A stretch of 64,000 bases of DNA from an uncultured Gemmatimonadales bacterium. GTDB lineage: Bacteria > Gemmatimonadota > Gemmatimonadetes > Gemmatimonadales > Gemmatimonadaceae. The position numbers and the translations under genes were made by a program. The notes under the pieces are model-generated. The model saw nothing but the letters and a program-made list of their open reading frames with translations. It searched no databases and was not told where the DNA came from. Positions within the stretch are counted from its first letter, which is position 1, and each line of letters opens with the position of its first letter. The stretch is from the NCBI GenBank assembly GCA_963701965.1, contig OY969695.1:2240001-2304000 (forward strand). Reading direction: 5' to 3'. Shown one piece after another: positions 48,966 through 59,145 of the stretch.

Positions 48966-50110
48966 CTCTCCGTTTCCCGAAGATCTATATCGCGTGCGCG
49001 CAGCGCGTCGATGTAGCGGCGCGCCGGCATGCATTCGTCCGGCGTCCACACGCCGGGCTCGCCGACTTGGCCGCACGCCTGGAACTGTCCGGTGATCGCC
49101 AGCGAGTATCCCGTCGTGCGCATCATCGCGCTGATGCCGCGGGCGGCATCGAAGTAGTCCAACAACTCGAACGCGACGCGCTTGGGCGCCCCGTTGGACT
49201 CGCCCTCGACGACGACGCGCAGGGCCACGAGATCTTTGCCCGAGGGTTTCTTGAGGCGCGGTCCCATGGTCGCCACGACCACGTCGCGGGGCACAACTTT
49301 CGTACCCTTCACGTCCACCGGTTGGAGGTCAAGCAGACCCAGATCGCGGATCGCGGCCATGATGTGGGCGTGGCCGGGATAGCGCAGCGTCTTGTACTCC
49401 ATCGTCGGGATCTTGCCTTCGTAGCGGAACGCCATCGTCGAGAGACCGCCGGCGGTGTGAAAGGCCTCCAGCTCGCCGACCGGAGCCGGAAACGCCACGG
49501 GCTCGATCTCGGAGAGGGCCTTCACCTGCTGCCGTTTCCCGCCGCGGACGACCCAGGACAGCGTCGTGTAGTAGTCGAGTACGCCCTCGAGGGAATAGAC
49601 GATCTGATAGTTGAGCGGCGGCTCCGGGTTCTGCGGCAATCCGCCGACGAAGATCTTCACGGAGCGTGGGCGGTCGATCTTCGAGATGCCGTATTGGGCC
49701 AGGATGTTGACCATCCCGGGGGCCACGCCGCAGTCCGGCACCACGGTCACGCCGGCATCTCGCGCCCGGGCGTGCAGTTCCTTTTGCTGAAAGACGATCT
49801 CGGTGTTGCCGCCCAGATCCGCGAAGTGGACCTTGGCCTCGACGGCCAGGCGCGCGAGATCGAGGTTGAAGTAGTACGGGATGGCGCTCATCACGGCGTC
49901 CCCCGTTTGCATGAACGCCCGGACGCCGTTGGTGTCGCGCACGTCGAGGCGCGTCGGGATCAGGCGCTGGCCGACGTAGGGCGCCAGGAACGCGGGAAGA
50001 TGGTCGACATCGACGTCGGCGAGGCGGACTTCGCCGACATCGGGATTTTGGAGCAGATCATAGGCGCACGCGGAACCCTGGAGCCCGGCGCCAAGCACGA
50101 GCATTCGCAT
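48962..50110 (-). CDS. saccharopine dehydrogenase / lysine 6-dehydrogenase family protein
   Basis: VLGAGLQG, FADLGGN, DCGVAPG, VGGLP, EYKTLRYPGH, SAMMRTTG. Confidence 0.9.
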   Translation of the reverse strand: MRMLVLGAGLQGSACAYDLLQNPDVGEVRLADVDVDHLPAFLAPYVGQRLIPTRLDVRDTNGVRAFMQTGDAVMSAIPYYFNLDLARLAVEAKVHFADLGGNTEIVFQQKELHARARDAGVTVVPDCGVAPGMVNILAQYGISKIDRPRSVKIFVGGLPQNPEPPLNYQIVYSLEGVLDYYTTLSWVVRGGKRQQVKALSEIEPVAFPAPVGELEAFHTAGGLSTMAFRYEGKIPTMEYKTLRYPGHAHIMAAIRDLGLLDLQPVDVKGTKVVPRDVVVATMGPRLKKPSGKDLVALRVVVEGESNGAPKRVAFELLDYFDAARGISAMMRTTGYSLAITGQFQACGQVGEPGVWTPDECMPARRYIDALRARDIDLRETES

Positions 50111-50133
50111 GGCGCGAAATGTAACCCGGGCGT

Positions 50134-51271
50134 TCAGCCGCCGGTGCCGTCCACTCGATAGATGATGCCGCCGCTGTCGTCGGAGATGAACACCGCGCCG
50201 TCGCGCGCGACGGCGATATCGACGGGGCGCCCCCACCGGGTGCCATCCGGCCGCTGCCACCCCGTGATGAAATCGTCATAGCCGGTGGGCCGGCCGCCGC
50301 TCAGATGCACGCGCACGACCTTCGCGCCCGTTGGCTGATGCCGGTTCCACGACCCATGAAACGCCACGAGGGCATCGCCGCGATACTCGGGCGGCAATTT
50401 CACCGCGTCGCGCAGGAACGCGATGCCGAGCGGCGCCGAGTGCGCCTGAAATCCGAGGACGGGAGGGATCTCCCCCGCGCACCGGGCCGGATCGTGGAAC
50501 TCCGGATTCGCCATGTGATCGCCATAGCAGTACGGCCAACCATAATCCCCGCCATCGCGGAGGATGTCGAGGCGATCCGGCGGCAGATCCTCGTGATCCG
50601 GCTCGAGGTTGTCCCGTTCGTTGACCGTGGCCCAGATCTGCCCGGTGCCGGTGTCGAGCGCCAATCCGACCGCGTTGCGCAGCCCGCGGGCATAGACGTG
50701 TCCGTGGCCGCCGTGCTCGTCGAACCGCATCACCGCCGCGCGCTCCGAATCTTCCTCGACGCACAGGTTGCACGACGAGCCAATGGACACGTACATCGCG
50801 CTGTCGGCGCCGAACACGATCGTGCGCGTCCAGTGGCCGCCACCGCCCGCGTAGTGATTCACGGGCGTGGGCGCGCCGGCGGCGTGCCCGTCGGGTCCCA
50901 CGGTCAATCGCACCACGCCGTCGTTCTCCGCGACGTAGAGCGCGCCGCCGTGAAACGCCAGCCCGTGCGGCTCTTTGAGTCCTGTGGCGACGATAGTGGT
51001 CGGCCCCGCGAGTCCGTGACCCGCGTCGGGAATCCGCACGACCTGTCCCAGCAGCGGCTGCGAGATGTAGAGCGCGCCGTCCGGTCCGACCACCATGAAC
51101 CGCGCGTCGGTCACATGTGCGAACGTCGTGACGTGAATCCCGTCGGGCGCGTGCAGCGCGTCGCCGGGCAAGCGCAGAATGCCGCGACGCCATCCATCCC
51201 CCGACGAACACCGCGCAGGCACTGACGACCGCGCCCACGCGCTGCAGCGCGCCCACGGGGAGCGCGCTCAC
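50134..51271 (-). CDS. PQQ-dependent glucose/sorbosone dehydrogenase family protein, +1 frameshift near the 5' end (about 51170-51179)
   Basis: GHWTR, YVSIGSSCN, GLRNAVG, YGWPYC, AHSAPLG, FHGSWNR, GRPVD; the GTG at 51271 overlaps the upstream TGA and starts a signal-like peptide in another frame. Confidence 0.85.
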
Positions 51272-52794
51272 TTCAAGTCACCCGTCCGGGTCTTCGTCCA
51301 GATCACGACCGTCTCGCACGATGTCCCCGGCTTGCTGTATTCCGCCGGCGTGTCGACGTCGCTGTACACCTCGACCGCTTCGACCTCGGTCGGGCGCATG
51401 AAGTCGTTGAGGTCGCCCGGCGTCTGCTCCGCATACGGCACACCGTCGAGGACGTAGTTGACGCACGATCCGCCGACGCCGCGCGACCCTTGGAGGACGG
51501 GCTGGCCGGTCGAGTAGTCGACGTGAATGCCCGGCATCGTCGTGAAAATGTCGGTCATGTACGTCGGCAATTTTCCCTCGATCTGGTCACGGGTCAGAAA
51601 ATGCCCCAGACCCATCTTCTTGCGTTGCTCGAACCCGACTTTCTGCAAGCCGGTCTGAGCCGCGGCCGTAACCTTGATCGGGTCCAGGGTTGGTGGCGCG
51701 ATCTGCAGGGTGAGCGCGACCGTGCGCGGCTCGCGCAATGTGAGGTCGACGGGCTGCGTCACTGGCGAAAACCCGACTTTGCGCACGACCAGCGTCTGTG
51801 TGCCCGACGGGAGATTGCGCAGGTTGAAGTTCCCGGAGCTGTCGGTCACGGTGGTCGAGACCGCTCCGACCACCGTGATATTGGCCCCAGCGATCGGACG
51901 GTCCGCCGCATTGACGATGCGCCCGTTGGCCACGGCGTGGCCGCTGCGGAGGCCGGTCGCTTTCGATACTGGCGCCGGGGCCGGGGCTCCGGGCGCGGGT
52001 TTGGGCGTCGAATCCACGACGGCGACGACGGTCGTCGTGTCGGGCTTGGCCGTGTGCAGCGTCACGACCTGAATCGTGGTCTCGGTGAAATCGACCGGGA
52101 CGTCAGCCGTGGCGTAGCCGCTGAACGTCGCGCGCACCGCGGCCTTTGTACCCGCCGGGACTCCGCAGATGTGGTACGACCCACTGTTGTCGACGATCGA
52201 CTCGCGATACCGCTGGATGTGCTTGACGCCGATGTCGCGCCCCACCTCCAGCTGCGACCAGACCATCGAGACCTTGGCGCCCGTCGATGGATTGTCGGTG
52301 TCGGCGTCCAACACACGCCCGACCACGACCCCGGGGCCCGTGATACGCTTTTCCGGAGGACAGAACGTCCCCGCAACCGTCGCCTGCGACGGAGTCGCCA
52401 GCGCGATGAGGGCGTACCGGCCCGCGGGGAACGTCACCGGGTTGGTCTGGATCCCCACCCCAATCGAGTCGAGCAGCGGGTGCACCAGCGCGATCTTGTA
52501 GTCGCCCGGCGCGATGCTGTCGATCCGGAAGTGCCCGGTCGAGTCCGTCACCCCTTGCCGGTCGGTCCCCATGATGGTCACGGTGGCGCCGATCAGCGGG
52601 CCGCCGTGAATGCTGTCGGCCACGACGCCGACAGCGCCGGAGATCGGCGGACCGGCCGCCTGAGCCGGCTGAGCCGGCTGGGTGGGTGACGGGGCCGCCG
52701 GCGGAGTGGCCGGTGGCTTGGTGGGCTTCGTTTGTTGCGCCTGGCTGTGCGAGAATGCGCACGCCAGGAGAAAGGCGGTCGTTGGCCAACGCAT
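51268..52794 (-). CDS. secreted protein with carboxypeptidase-regulatory-like repeats and a C-terminal TonB plug-like domain
   Basis: Three G.V.D...P..GA.V / TDS.G.F repeats; GHFLTRDQI, YVLDG, VEAVEVY, VVIWTK. Confidence 0.8.
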   Translation of the reverse strand: MRWPTTAFLLACAFSHSQAQQTKPTKPPATPPAAPSPTQPAQPAQAAGPPISGAVGVVADSIHGGPLIGATVTIMGTDRQGVTDSTGHFRIDSIAPGDYKIALVHPLLDSIGVGIQTNPVTFPAGRYALIALATPSQATVAGTFCPPEKRITGPGVVVGRVLDADTDNPSTGAKVSMVWSQLEVGRDIGVKHIQRYRESIVDNSGSYHICGVPAGTKAAVRATFSGYATADVPVDFTETTIQVVTLHTAKPDTTTVVAVVDSTPKPAPGAPAPAPVSKATGLRSGHAVANGRIVNAADRPIAGANITVVGAVSTTVTDSSGNFNLRNLPSGTQTLVVRKVGFSPVTQPVDLTLREPRTVALTLQIAPPTLDPIKVTAAAQTGLQKVGFEQRKKMGLGHFLTRDQIEGKLPTYMTDIFTTMPGIHVDYSTGQPVLQGSRGVGGSCVNYVLDGVPYAEQTPGDLNDFMRPTEVEAVEVYSDVDTPAEYSKPGTSCETVVIWTKTRTGDLK

Positions 52795-52826
52795 GTCTAA
52801 TTGTACGCCAGTACCGCCCCGCCTGT

Positions 52827-53858
52827 TCAGGTCCCGCCGAACAATCGCATGATCCGGGACGCCCGGTTGTTGGGCGTCTGCGCCGCCGCCTCGAACGCGT
52901 CGGCCATCTCGGGCGCCGTGCGGTACCGGTGCTCGGGATCCCGTTCCATCCCCTTGAGCAGCACCTTCTCGACGGCCGACGACGCGTTGATGTCGGGGCG
53001 CGCCCGCCGGATCGGCGTGGGCGCGTCCCGGAGCCGGGCGATCATGAGCTCCTGCTGGGACTTCCCCTCGAACGGGAGCTTGCCGGTCAGCATCTCGAAT
53101 GTCATGAGCGCCAGCGCATAGACGTCGGTCCGCCCATCGAGGGGCTTCCCGCGCAGCTGTTCGGGGCTCATGAACTCCGGCGTGCCCAGCACGATGCCGG
53201 TCGCGGTCAGTTTCTCGAGCTCGGCGCCCGCCCGCCGCTCCTTGGCCAGTCCAAAATCCATGACCACGGCCCGATCATCGATCGAGATGATGACGTTCTC
53301 GGGCTTGAGATCCCGGTGGACGATCTTGAGATCATGCGCCACTTGCAGCGCGGACGCGATGTCGCGCACGTAGCGGACGACCTCGGCCAGAGGCAGTTTG
53401 CCCAGCCGGTACGTCCGGTCGGCCAACACCTCGCCCTCGATGTAGGGCATGACAATGTAGACCATGCCCTCGGCCGTCTGCCCGAGGCGCTTGATGTGGC
53501 AAATATTGGCGTGCTCGAGCCGCTGGCCGACGTCGGCCTCGCGCCGCAACCGCGCCATCGATGTCGCATCGGTCGAGAGAGCGGGCGACAGCACCTTGAT
53601 CGCCACGCGCTCGCCCGTCTCCCGATCCGTGGCGAGGTACACGTACGACATGCCGCCTTCGCCCAGCTTCGACTCGATCTTGTAGCGCCCGTCGATCGTC
53701 CGGCCGGACAACGTCGCATACTCCGGGGGCGGCGTCTTACGGGCCGGGGGATCGGCCGCTCCGACCGCGCGCGCCACGGGCAAACGCGTCCCATCGCGCG
53801 TGCAGAACTTCGCGGTGTCCGCGTACGTCGCACCGCAGCTCGGACAACGCAGAGACAT
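52827..53858 (-). CDS. Hanks-type Ser/Thr protein kinase with N-terminal zinc ribbon
   Basis: CPSC...FCTRDG; LGEGGMS.VY, VAIK, HRDLKPEN, DFG, GTPEFMSPEQ. Confidence 0.95.
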   Translation of the reverse strand: MSLRCPSCGATYADTAKFCTRDGTRLPVARAVGAADPPARKTPPPEYATLSGRTIDGRYKIESKLGEGGMSYVYLATDRETGERVAIKVLSPALSTDATSMARLRREADVGQRLEHANICHIKRLGQTAEGMVYIVMPYIEGEVLADRTYRLGKLPLAEVVRYVRDIASALQVAHDLKIVHRDLKPENVIISIDDRAVVMDFGLAKERRAGAELEKLTATGIVLGTPEFMSPEQLRGKPLDGRTDVYALALMTFEMLTGKLPFEGKSQQELMIARLRDAPTPIRRARPDINASSAVEKVLLKGMERDPEHRYRTAPEMADAFEAAAQTPNNRASRIMRLFGGT

Positions 53859-53862
53859 TCGT

Positions 53863-55353
53863 TTAAGTCCTCACGCAGTTACGCCCGTCGGCCTTCGCCC
53901 GGTACAGCGCGGCATCCGCTTGCGCAAACAGGTCTTCGGCCGTATCGACACGCACGGACGGAAAGGTCGCGACGCCGATGCTCCCCGTCAAACGCAATCC
54001 GCCGCTCGACCCTTCGGCACCAATGACCGCGAATGGCTGGGCTTCGATCCGTTCCCGAATACGCTCGGCGAACGCGACCGCACCGGCCTCGGCAGTTTCG
54101 GGAAGGACGATCACGAATTCCTCGCCGCCGTAACGCGCCACGACGTCGACGCTGCGCACGGCGTGCTGCAGCAGAACCGCCACTTCGCGGAGCGCGTCGT
54201 CACCCGTCAGATGGCCGTACGTGTCGTTGATGCGCTTGAAGTGATCCAGGTCGATCATGAGCAGCGTGACGACGGAGTTGTACCGGCGGGCGCGATCGAG
54301 CTCCGACGTCAAACGCAGGGTCAGCGCGCGCCGATTCAAGACCTGGGTCAGCGGATCGGTGTGGGCCAGGGCCTCGAGGCGCGCGTTGTCAGCCTTGGTC
54401 ATCTCGATGACCTGGGCGCGCTGAATGGTCGCGACCGCGGCCTTGATGACGGTGTCCGCGAACTCGACGTCCTCGGCCGACAGGGGCGGCTCTTCACCGG
54501 TGCGGCGGAGAAAGAACACGCCGGCCTGCGTCCGATCGAGGCTGAACGGCAGCGCGATCACCGACCGGATGGCGACGCCCAGGCCTTCCCGATCCCACTC
54601 CAGACGGGTGTCGGCGTAGAGGGGACTGGTCGACAGATCCTCGATCAACACTGCCCGGCCGGAATCGAGCGCCGCGCGGATCTCGGGATATTTCTCCAGC
54701 TGGATCTCGAGGTTGCGGAGCGCGGGATTCTCGTACGCGGTCGCCACGATGCCGATCGCGTCTCCGGGCCGGGCCAGAATCACCGAGCAATGCGAGAGAC
54801 TGAGCGCGCGCGCCACGCGGCGCGCCAGGATGTGATAGATCTCGTCCGACGAGAGATCGCCGGTGACTTCGTGGAGGATGTCCACGAGCTTGCGGCGACT
54901 CTCGGCTTCCTCGCGGGCACGACGCAACTCCTGCTCGGTCGTGCGCAAGGCTTCGTGCGCCGAGCGGAGCGCGGCGCGAATGCGGAGCTGGGCCTGGATG
55001 CGGGCCAGCAGCTCGCGGACGCGAAACGGCTTGCGCACGAAATCGGCGGCCCCGAGGCCGAGTGTGCGAACGGCGGCCTCCTCGGGCGGGAGCGCCGATA
55101 CCATGAGCACCGGCAAGTCGCGCCACCGCTCATCCGCCTTGATGCGCTCCAGCGTCTGATAGTTGTCCGCGCCCGGCAGCGAGACGTCGAGCAACAGGAG
55201 GTCGGGCGGCGATTCGTGCTCCAGACGTTCGAACAAGGCCTGGCCGCCGTGGGCGGCGCTCACGTCGTACCCCTGCTCCTTGAGCACCCACGCCATGGTC
55301 TGCAGCACGGCCGGATCATCGTCGGCGACGAGGATCCGCGTGTGGGCGATCAT
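53863..55353 (-). CDS. diguanylate cyclase (REC-GAF-GGDEF)
   Basis: ILVADDD, LLLD, KPF; TDPLT, DLDHFKRIND, RSVD I-site, YGGEEF. Confidence 0.93.
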   Translation of the reverse strand: MIAHTRILVADDDPAVLQTMAWVLKEQGYDVSAAHGGQALFERLEHESPPDLLLLDVSLPGADNYQTLERIKADERWRDLPVLMVSALPPEEAAVRTLGLGAADFVRKPFRVRELLARIQAQLRIRAALRSAHEALRTTEQELRRAREEAESRRKLVDILHEVTGDLSSDEIYHILARRVARALSLSHCSVILARPGDAIGIVATAYENPALRNLEIQLEKYPEIRAALDSGRAVLIEDLSTSPLYADTRLEWDREGLGVAIRSVIALPFSLDRTQAGVFFLRRTGEEPPLSAEDVEFADTVIKAAVATIQRAQVIEMTKADNARLEALAHTDPLTQVLNRRALTLRLTSELDRARRYNSVVTLLMIDLDHFKRINDTYGHLTGDDALREVAVLLQHAVRSVDVVARYGGEEFVIVLPETAEAGAVAFAERIRERIEAQPFAVIGAEGSSGGLRLTGSIGVATFPSVRVDTAEDLFAQADAALYRAKADGRNCVRT

Positions 55354-55556
55354 TCTAGGGAAGGAGGAGATGAGGGCAGGATGGGCTCGACGTCCGGACG
55401 GACGCTCCAGAGTATGCTACTAAGCGACCTCGAGTAATACCCCAGTATTGAGCGGAGTGCCGCCGCGAAGGCGGCACAGCGCAGTAAAACGAACGTCTAC
55501 AACGATTTAGACCACTGACTGCCGCTCGACGAGCCAGGTCACATCTCCGGCGCGCG

Positions 55557-58067
55557 CTACTCCTCGACTTCGCCGTCGACCGGCGCCGTGTCCGCGCCGC
55601 CCACCTCGGCCTCACCGGCCTCCTCAGGCACGACACGCGCCACCGCCGTCACCAGATCGCCATCGTCGAGTTGAACGAGCTTCACGCCCTGCGCGATGCG
55701 GCCGGTCACCCGGACCTGCGCCACCGACGACCGGATGATCACACCGTGCTTCGTGATCAGCATGATCTCGTCCTCGGGCAGCACCTCCATCACGGTCACG
55801 ACGTCCCCGGTCCGCTCGGTGCGATTGACCGTGATGATGCCTTTGCCCCCGCGCTGCTGCACGCGGTACTCCTCGAGGCGGGAGCATTTGCCCATGCCCT
55901 TTTCGGTCACGACCAGGATGGTCGCGTCGCGCTTGATCACGACCATGCCGACGACGGCGTCGGTCGCGGCCAGCTCGATGCCTTTGACGCCCGTCGTGTC
56001 CCGCCCCATCGCCCGCACGTCCGACTCGTGGAACCGGATCGAAAGCCCGTGCCGCGTCGCGAGAATGATGTCGTTCGAGCCGTTCGTGATCTGCACGTCG
56101 ATCAGCTCGTCGTCCTTCTCGACCTTGATGGCCTTGATGCCGTTCACGCGCGGATTCGCGTACTCCGACAGCACGGTCTTCTTCACCGTCCCGCGCCGGG
56201 TGCAGAACAGGAGATACTGGGTGTCGGAGAACTCGCTGACCGGCAGCAGCGCCTTGATGTTCGTCTCGGGGCTGACGTTGATCAGATTGACGATCGGCTT
56301 GCCTTTCGTCGCCCGGCCGGCCTGCGGGATCTCGTGCACCTTGAGCCGGAAGCACCGGCCGTCATCGGTGAAGACCAGGATGTGATCGTGGGTCGACCCG
56401 ACGAACAGGTGCTCGATGAAGTCCTGGTCTTTGAGATCTTGCCCGGACAGGCCGCGGCCGCCCCGGCGCTGGCGCCGATACGTGGAGACCGACGTCCGCT
56501 TGATGTAGCCCGAGTGCGAGACCGTGATCACCATGTCCTCCTCGGCGATCAGGTCTTCGATGGTGAACTCGCCTTCGTCACTCGTGATCTCGGACCGGCG
56601 CTCATCGCCGAACTTGTCGGCGATCTTCCCCAACTCGTCTTTCAAGAGCTTCATGCGCTTGGGCCGCGATTCCAGCAAGGCGCGCAGCTCCTTGATGGTC
56701 CCCCGCACCTCGGCCAACTCGGCCTCGAGCTTCTCGATCTCGAGACCCGTGAGCCGGGCCAACCGCATGTTGAGGATCGCCTCGGCCTGCCGCTCGCTGA
56801 GCTTGAACCGCCGCTGGAGCTGCGTGCTGGCGGTTGGCGCGTCCGGGGCCTTCCGAATGAGCGCCACGACCTCGTCAATGTTGTCGACGGCGATCTTGAG
56901 CCCTTCGAGGATGTGCTCGCGCTCCAGCGCCTTGTCGAGCTCGAACTGGGCGCGCCGCACGATCACCGTGTGCCGGTGCGCGATGTAGTGCTCCAGGAGC
57001 TCCTTCAGACCCATGACCTTCGGCACCAGCTGCTGCGTCGCGGCGTCGGGCACCAGCGCCAGCATGATCACGCCGAACGTGGCCTGCATCGTGGTGTGCT
57101 TGTAGAGCTGGTTGAGCACGACCCGGGGAATGACGTCGCGCCGCAGCTCCATCACGATCCGCCGGCCTTCCCGACTGGTCTCGTCGCGGAGGGCGGTGAT
57201 GCCATCGAGCTTCTTGTCGTTGACCTGCTCCTTGATCTGCTCGACGAGCTTGGCCCCGCTCACCTGATAGGGGAGCTCGGTGACGACGATCTGCGACTTG
57301 CCGTTCTCGCGCTCTTCGATGACGGCGCGCGCGCGCATGACGATCCGGCCGCGACCGGTGTCCTGATAGTCCTTGATGCCCTGCCGGCCGTAGATGTACG
57401 CGCCCGTGGGGAAATCGGGACCCTTCACGAGTCGCCGCAGCTCGCCGATGGTGGTCTCCGGATTGTCGATCAGCGCCACGCAGGCGTTGATCACTTCGCG
57501 CAGGTTGTGCGGCGGAATGTTCGTCGCCATGCCGACCGCGATGCCCGACGACCCGTTGACGAGGAGATTGGGGAAACCGGACGGCAGCACCCGCGGCTCC
57601 TCCAACCGGTCGTCGAAGTTGGGCGCGAAATCGACGGTGTTCTTGTCGATGTCGGCCAACATCTCGATCGCCATCGCCGTGAGACGGGCCTCGGTGTAGC
57701 GATAGGCCGCCGCGCGATCGCCGTCGGCACTGCCGTAGTTGCCCTGTCCATCGACGAGCGGATAGCGGAGCGAAAAATCCTGCACCATGCGGACGAGCGC
57801 TTCGTAGACCGAGCTGTCGCCATGGGGGTGGTACTTGCCGAGCACGTCGCCAACGACGGTCGCCGCCTTCTTGTAGGGCCGCCCGGGCACCAGGCCCAGC
57901 TCGTTCATCGCGAACAGCACCCGGCGATGCACGGGCTTGAGCCCGTCGCGCACATCGGGAAGGGCGCGCGACACGATGACGCTCATCGAGTAGTTGATGA
58001 ACGACTCTTTGATCTCGTCGTCGATCAGGCGCGGGAGAATGCGCTCGCGATTGTTCGGTGCGGTCAT
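55557..58067 (-). CDS. gyrA: DNA gyrase subunit A
   Basis: [33 protein letters not shown], GyrA-box QRRGGRG, beta-pinwheel repeats. Confidence 0.97.
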   Translation of the reverse strand: MTAPNNRERILPRLIDDEIKESFINYSMSVIVSRALPDVRDGLKPVHRRVLFAMNELGLVPGRPYKKAATVVGDVLGKYHPHGDSSVYEALVRMVQDFSLRYPLVDGQGNYGSADGDRAAAYRYTEARLTAMAIEMLADIDKNTVDFAPNFDDRLEEPRVLPSGFPNLLVNGSSGIAVGMATNIPPHNLREVINACVALIDNPETTIGELRRLVKGPDFPTGAYIYGRQGIKDYQDTGRGRIVMRARAVIEERENGKSQIVVTELPYQVSGAKLVEQIKEQVNDKKLDGITALRDETSREGRRIVMELRRDVIPRVVLNQLYKHTTMQATFGVIMLALVPDAATQQLVPKVMGLKELLEHYIAHRHTVIVRRAQFELDKALEREHILEGLKIAVDNIDEVVALIRKAPDAPTASTQLQRRFKLSERQAEAILNMRLARLTGLEIEKLEAELAEVRGTIKELRALLESRPKRMKLLKDELGKIADKFGDERRSEITSDEGEFTIEDLIAEEDMVITVSHSGYIKRTSVSTYRRQRRGGRGLSGQDLKDQDFIEHLFVGSTHDHILVFTDDGRCFRLKVHEIPQAGRATKGKPIVNLINVSPETNIKALLPVSEFSDTQYLLFCTRRGTVKKTVLSEYANPRVNGIKAIKVEKDDELIDVQITNGSNDIILATRHGLSIRFHESDVRAMGRDTTGVKGIELAATDAVVGMVVIKRDATILVVTEKGMGKCSRLEEYRVQQRGGKGIITVNRTERTGDVVTVMEVLPEDEIMLITKHGVIIRSSVAQVRVTGRIAQGVKLVQLDDGDLVTAVARVVPEEAGEAEVGGADTAPVDGEVEE

Positions 58068-58121
58068 ATCAAAAACTTACCCGACAGCCCGCGGTGGCGC
58101 AACGCGAACCCTAGCGTGCAA

Positions 58122-58907
58122 CTACTTTAATGACATGGGCTTATCGTCAGCGACGCCGGTGCTGTTCGCGGCGTCCTCCCGCTCGTGGGCCGCGGCGTCC
58201 CGCTCGATCGCCTCGCGCTCCGCCCGGTACGCCTCGTACCAGTGGCGCGTGATCTCGCCAGCCAGCTCCCGGTTGCCGAGCCCGAACGCCAGCGCCAGCG
58301 CCAGCGCCACGGCGCCGAACAGGATGGCGAATGCCGTCGTCACGATCTGAGTGGCGACGCCGAGCTCCTGGAGGGCCATGAACACGGCGAGGAGGATCAC
58401 GCCACCGCGGCCGACGCGGGCCAACGTCGGACCGCCGCGCAACGCGCCGGCCGAGGCCATGATCAGGCCGCCCACGAAGGCCCCGAGGACGTTGCCGATC
58501 ATGATGATCACGATCGCGGCGATGACGCTCGGGATGTATCCCACCAGCTCGGTGAACACGCCCGACAGGGATTCGCCGAGGGCGTCGGCCGCCACCAATA
58601 GCGCGGCGAACATCACGAACCAGAACGCGAGGTTGGCCGCGACCCGCGTCGGGTCCATATGCGACCCGGAACGCTCCACGGCGTCCATGACACCGCCGCG
58701 TTCCAGCATCAGGTTGAACCGCACGCGCCGCAACAACCGGCGGGTGACGCGCTCGACGAGCGCCGCCAGCAAGTAGCCGACGAACACGATCACCAGCGCG
58801 CCCAAGAGCGGCAGCACGTGGTGCGCCATCTCCGTAAAGCTCGTTTGGATGCGATCGATCGCCGACGCCTGCGGCGTGGTCGCGGTCGTATCGACCTGTA
58901 CTAACAT
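58122..58907 (-). CDS. CmpX/TM-helix-repeat (mechanosensitive channel-like) membrane protein
   Basis: YIPSVIAAIVI, ALQELGVA, AFAILFGA.ALALALAFGLG.RELA. Confidence 0.8.
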   Translation of the reverse strand: MLVQVDTTATTPQASAIDRIQTSFTEMAHHVLPLLGALVIVFVGYLLAALVERVTRRLLRRVRFNLMLERGGVMDAVERSGSHMDPTRVAANLAFWFVMFAALLVAADALGESLSGVFTELVGYIPSVIAAIVIIMIGNVLGAFVGGLIMASAGALRGGPTLARVGRGGVILLAVFMALQELGVATQIVTTAFAILFGAVALALALAFGLGNRELAGEITRHWYEAYRAEREAIERDAAAHEREDAANSTGVADDKPMSLK

Positions 58908-58917
58908 GGGCAGCGCG

Positions 58918-59145
58918 TCATGTCCTGGTCCCCCGCTTCACATCAAAAATGGCGCTGCGCCGGCACGAGGGGCAGATGAGCCAGTCGCGGTTGCGCGCGT
59001 ACCCGAGGCCAAACGATCCGCCGCCCAGGCGTTTGCGGCGCATGGGCGTCCGGCACCGCGGACATTCGGGGTCCTGCCCGGCGGCCAGTACGGCGCGCAT
59101 GGTCCTGAGCTCGGCATCGTCGTACTGCGCTTTGGGCTCAGTCAC
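58918..59145 (-). CDS. small CxxC-CxxC zinc-ribbon protein
   Basis: CPRC...CPSC; coupled to the upstream thioesterase. Confidence 0.7.
   Translation of the reverse strand: MTEPKAQYDDAELRTMRAVLAAGQDPECPRCRTPMRRKRLGGGSFGLGYARNRDWLICPSCRRSAIFDVKRGTRT

Noticed and set aside
29889..51271. Genuine pseudogenisation of imuB, dnaE2, ompA and others
   Set aside because: Each has only one +1 event in a shared sequence context with otherwise intact motifs; an artefact is more likely, though not proven
55354..55556. c-di-GMP riboswitch upstream of the diguanylate cyclase
   Set aside because: Hairpins are present but I cannot match the conserved class I or II riboswitch core
55671..58130. Long antisense ORFs (for example 819 aa opposite gyrA, 665 aa opposite the permease)
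   Set aside because: Typical shadow frames of high-GC coding DNA with no motifs
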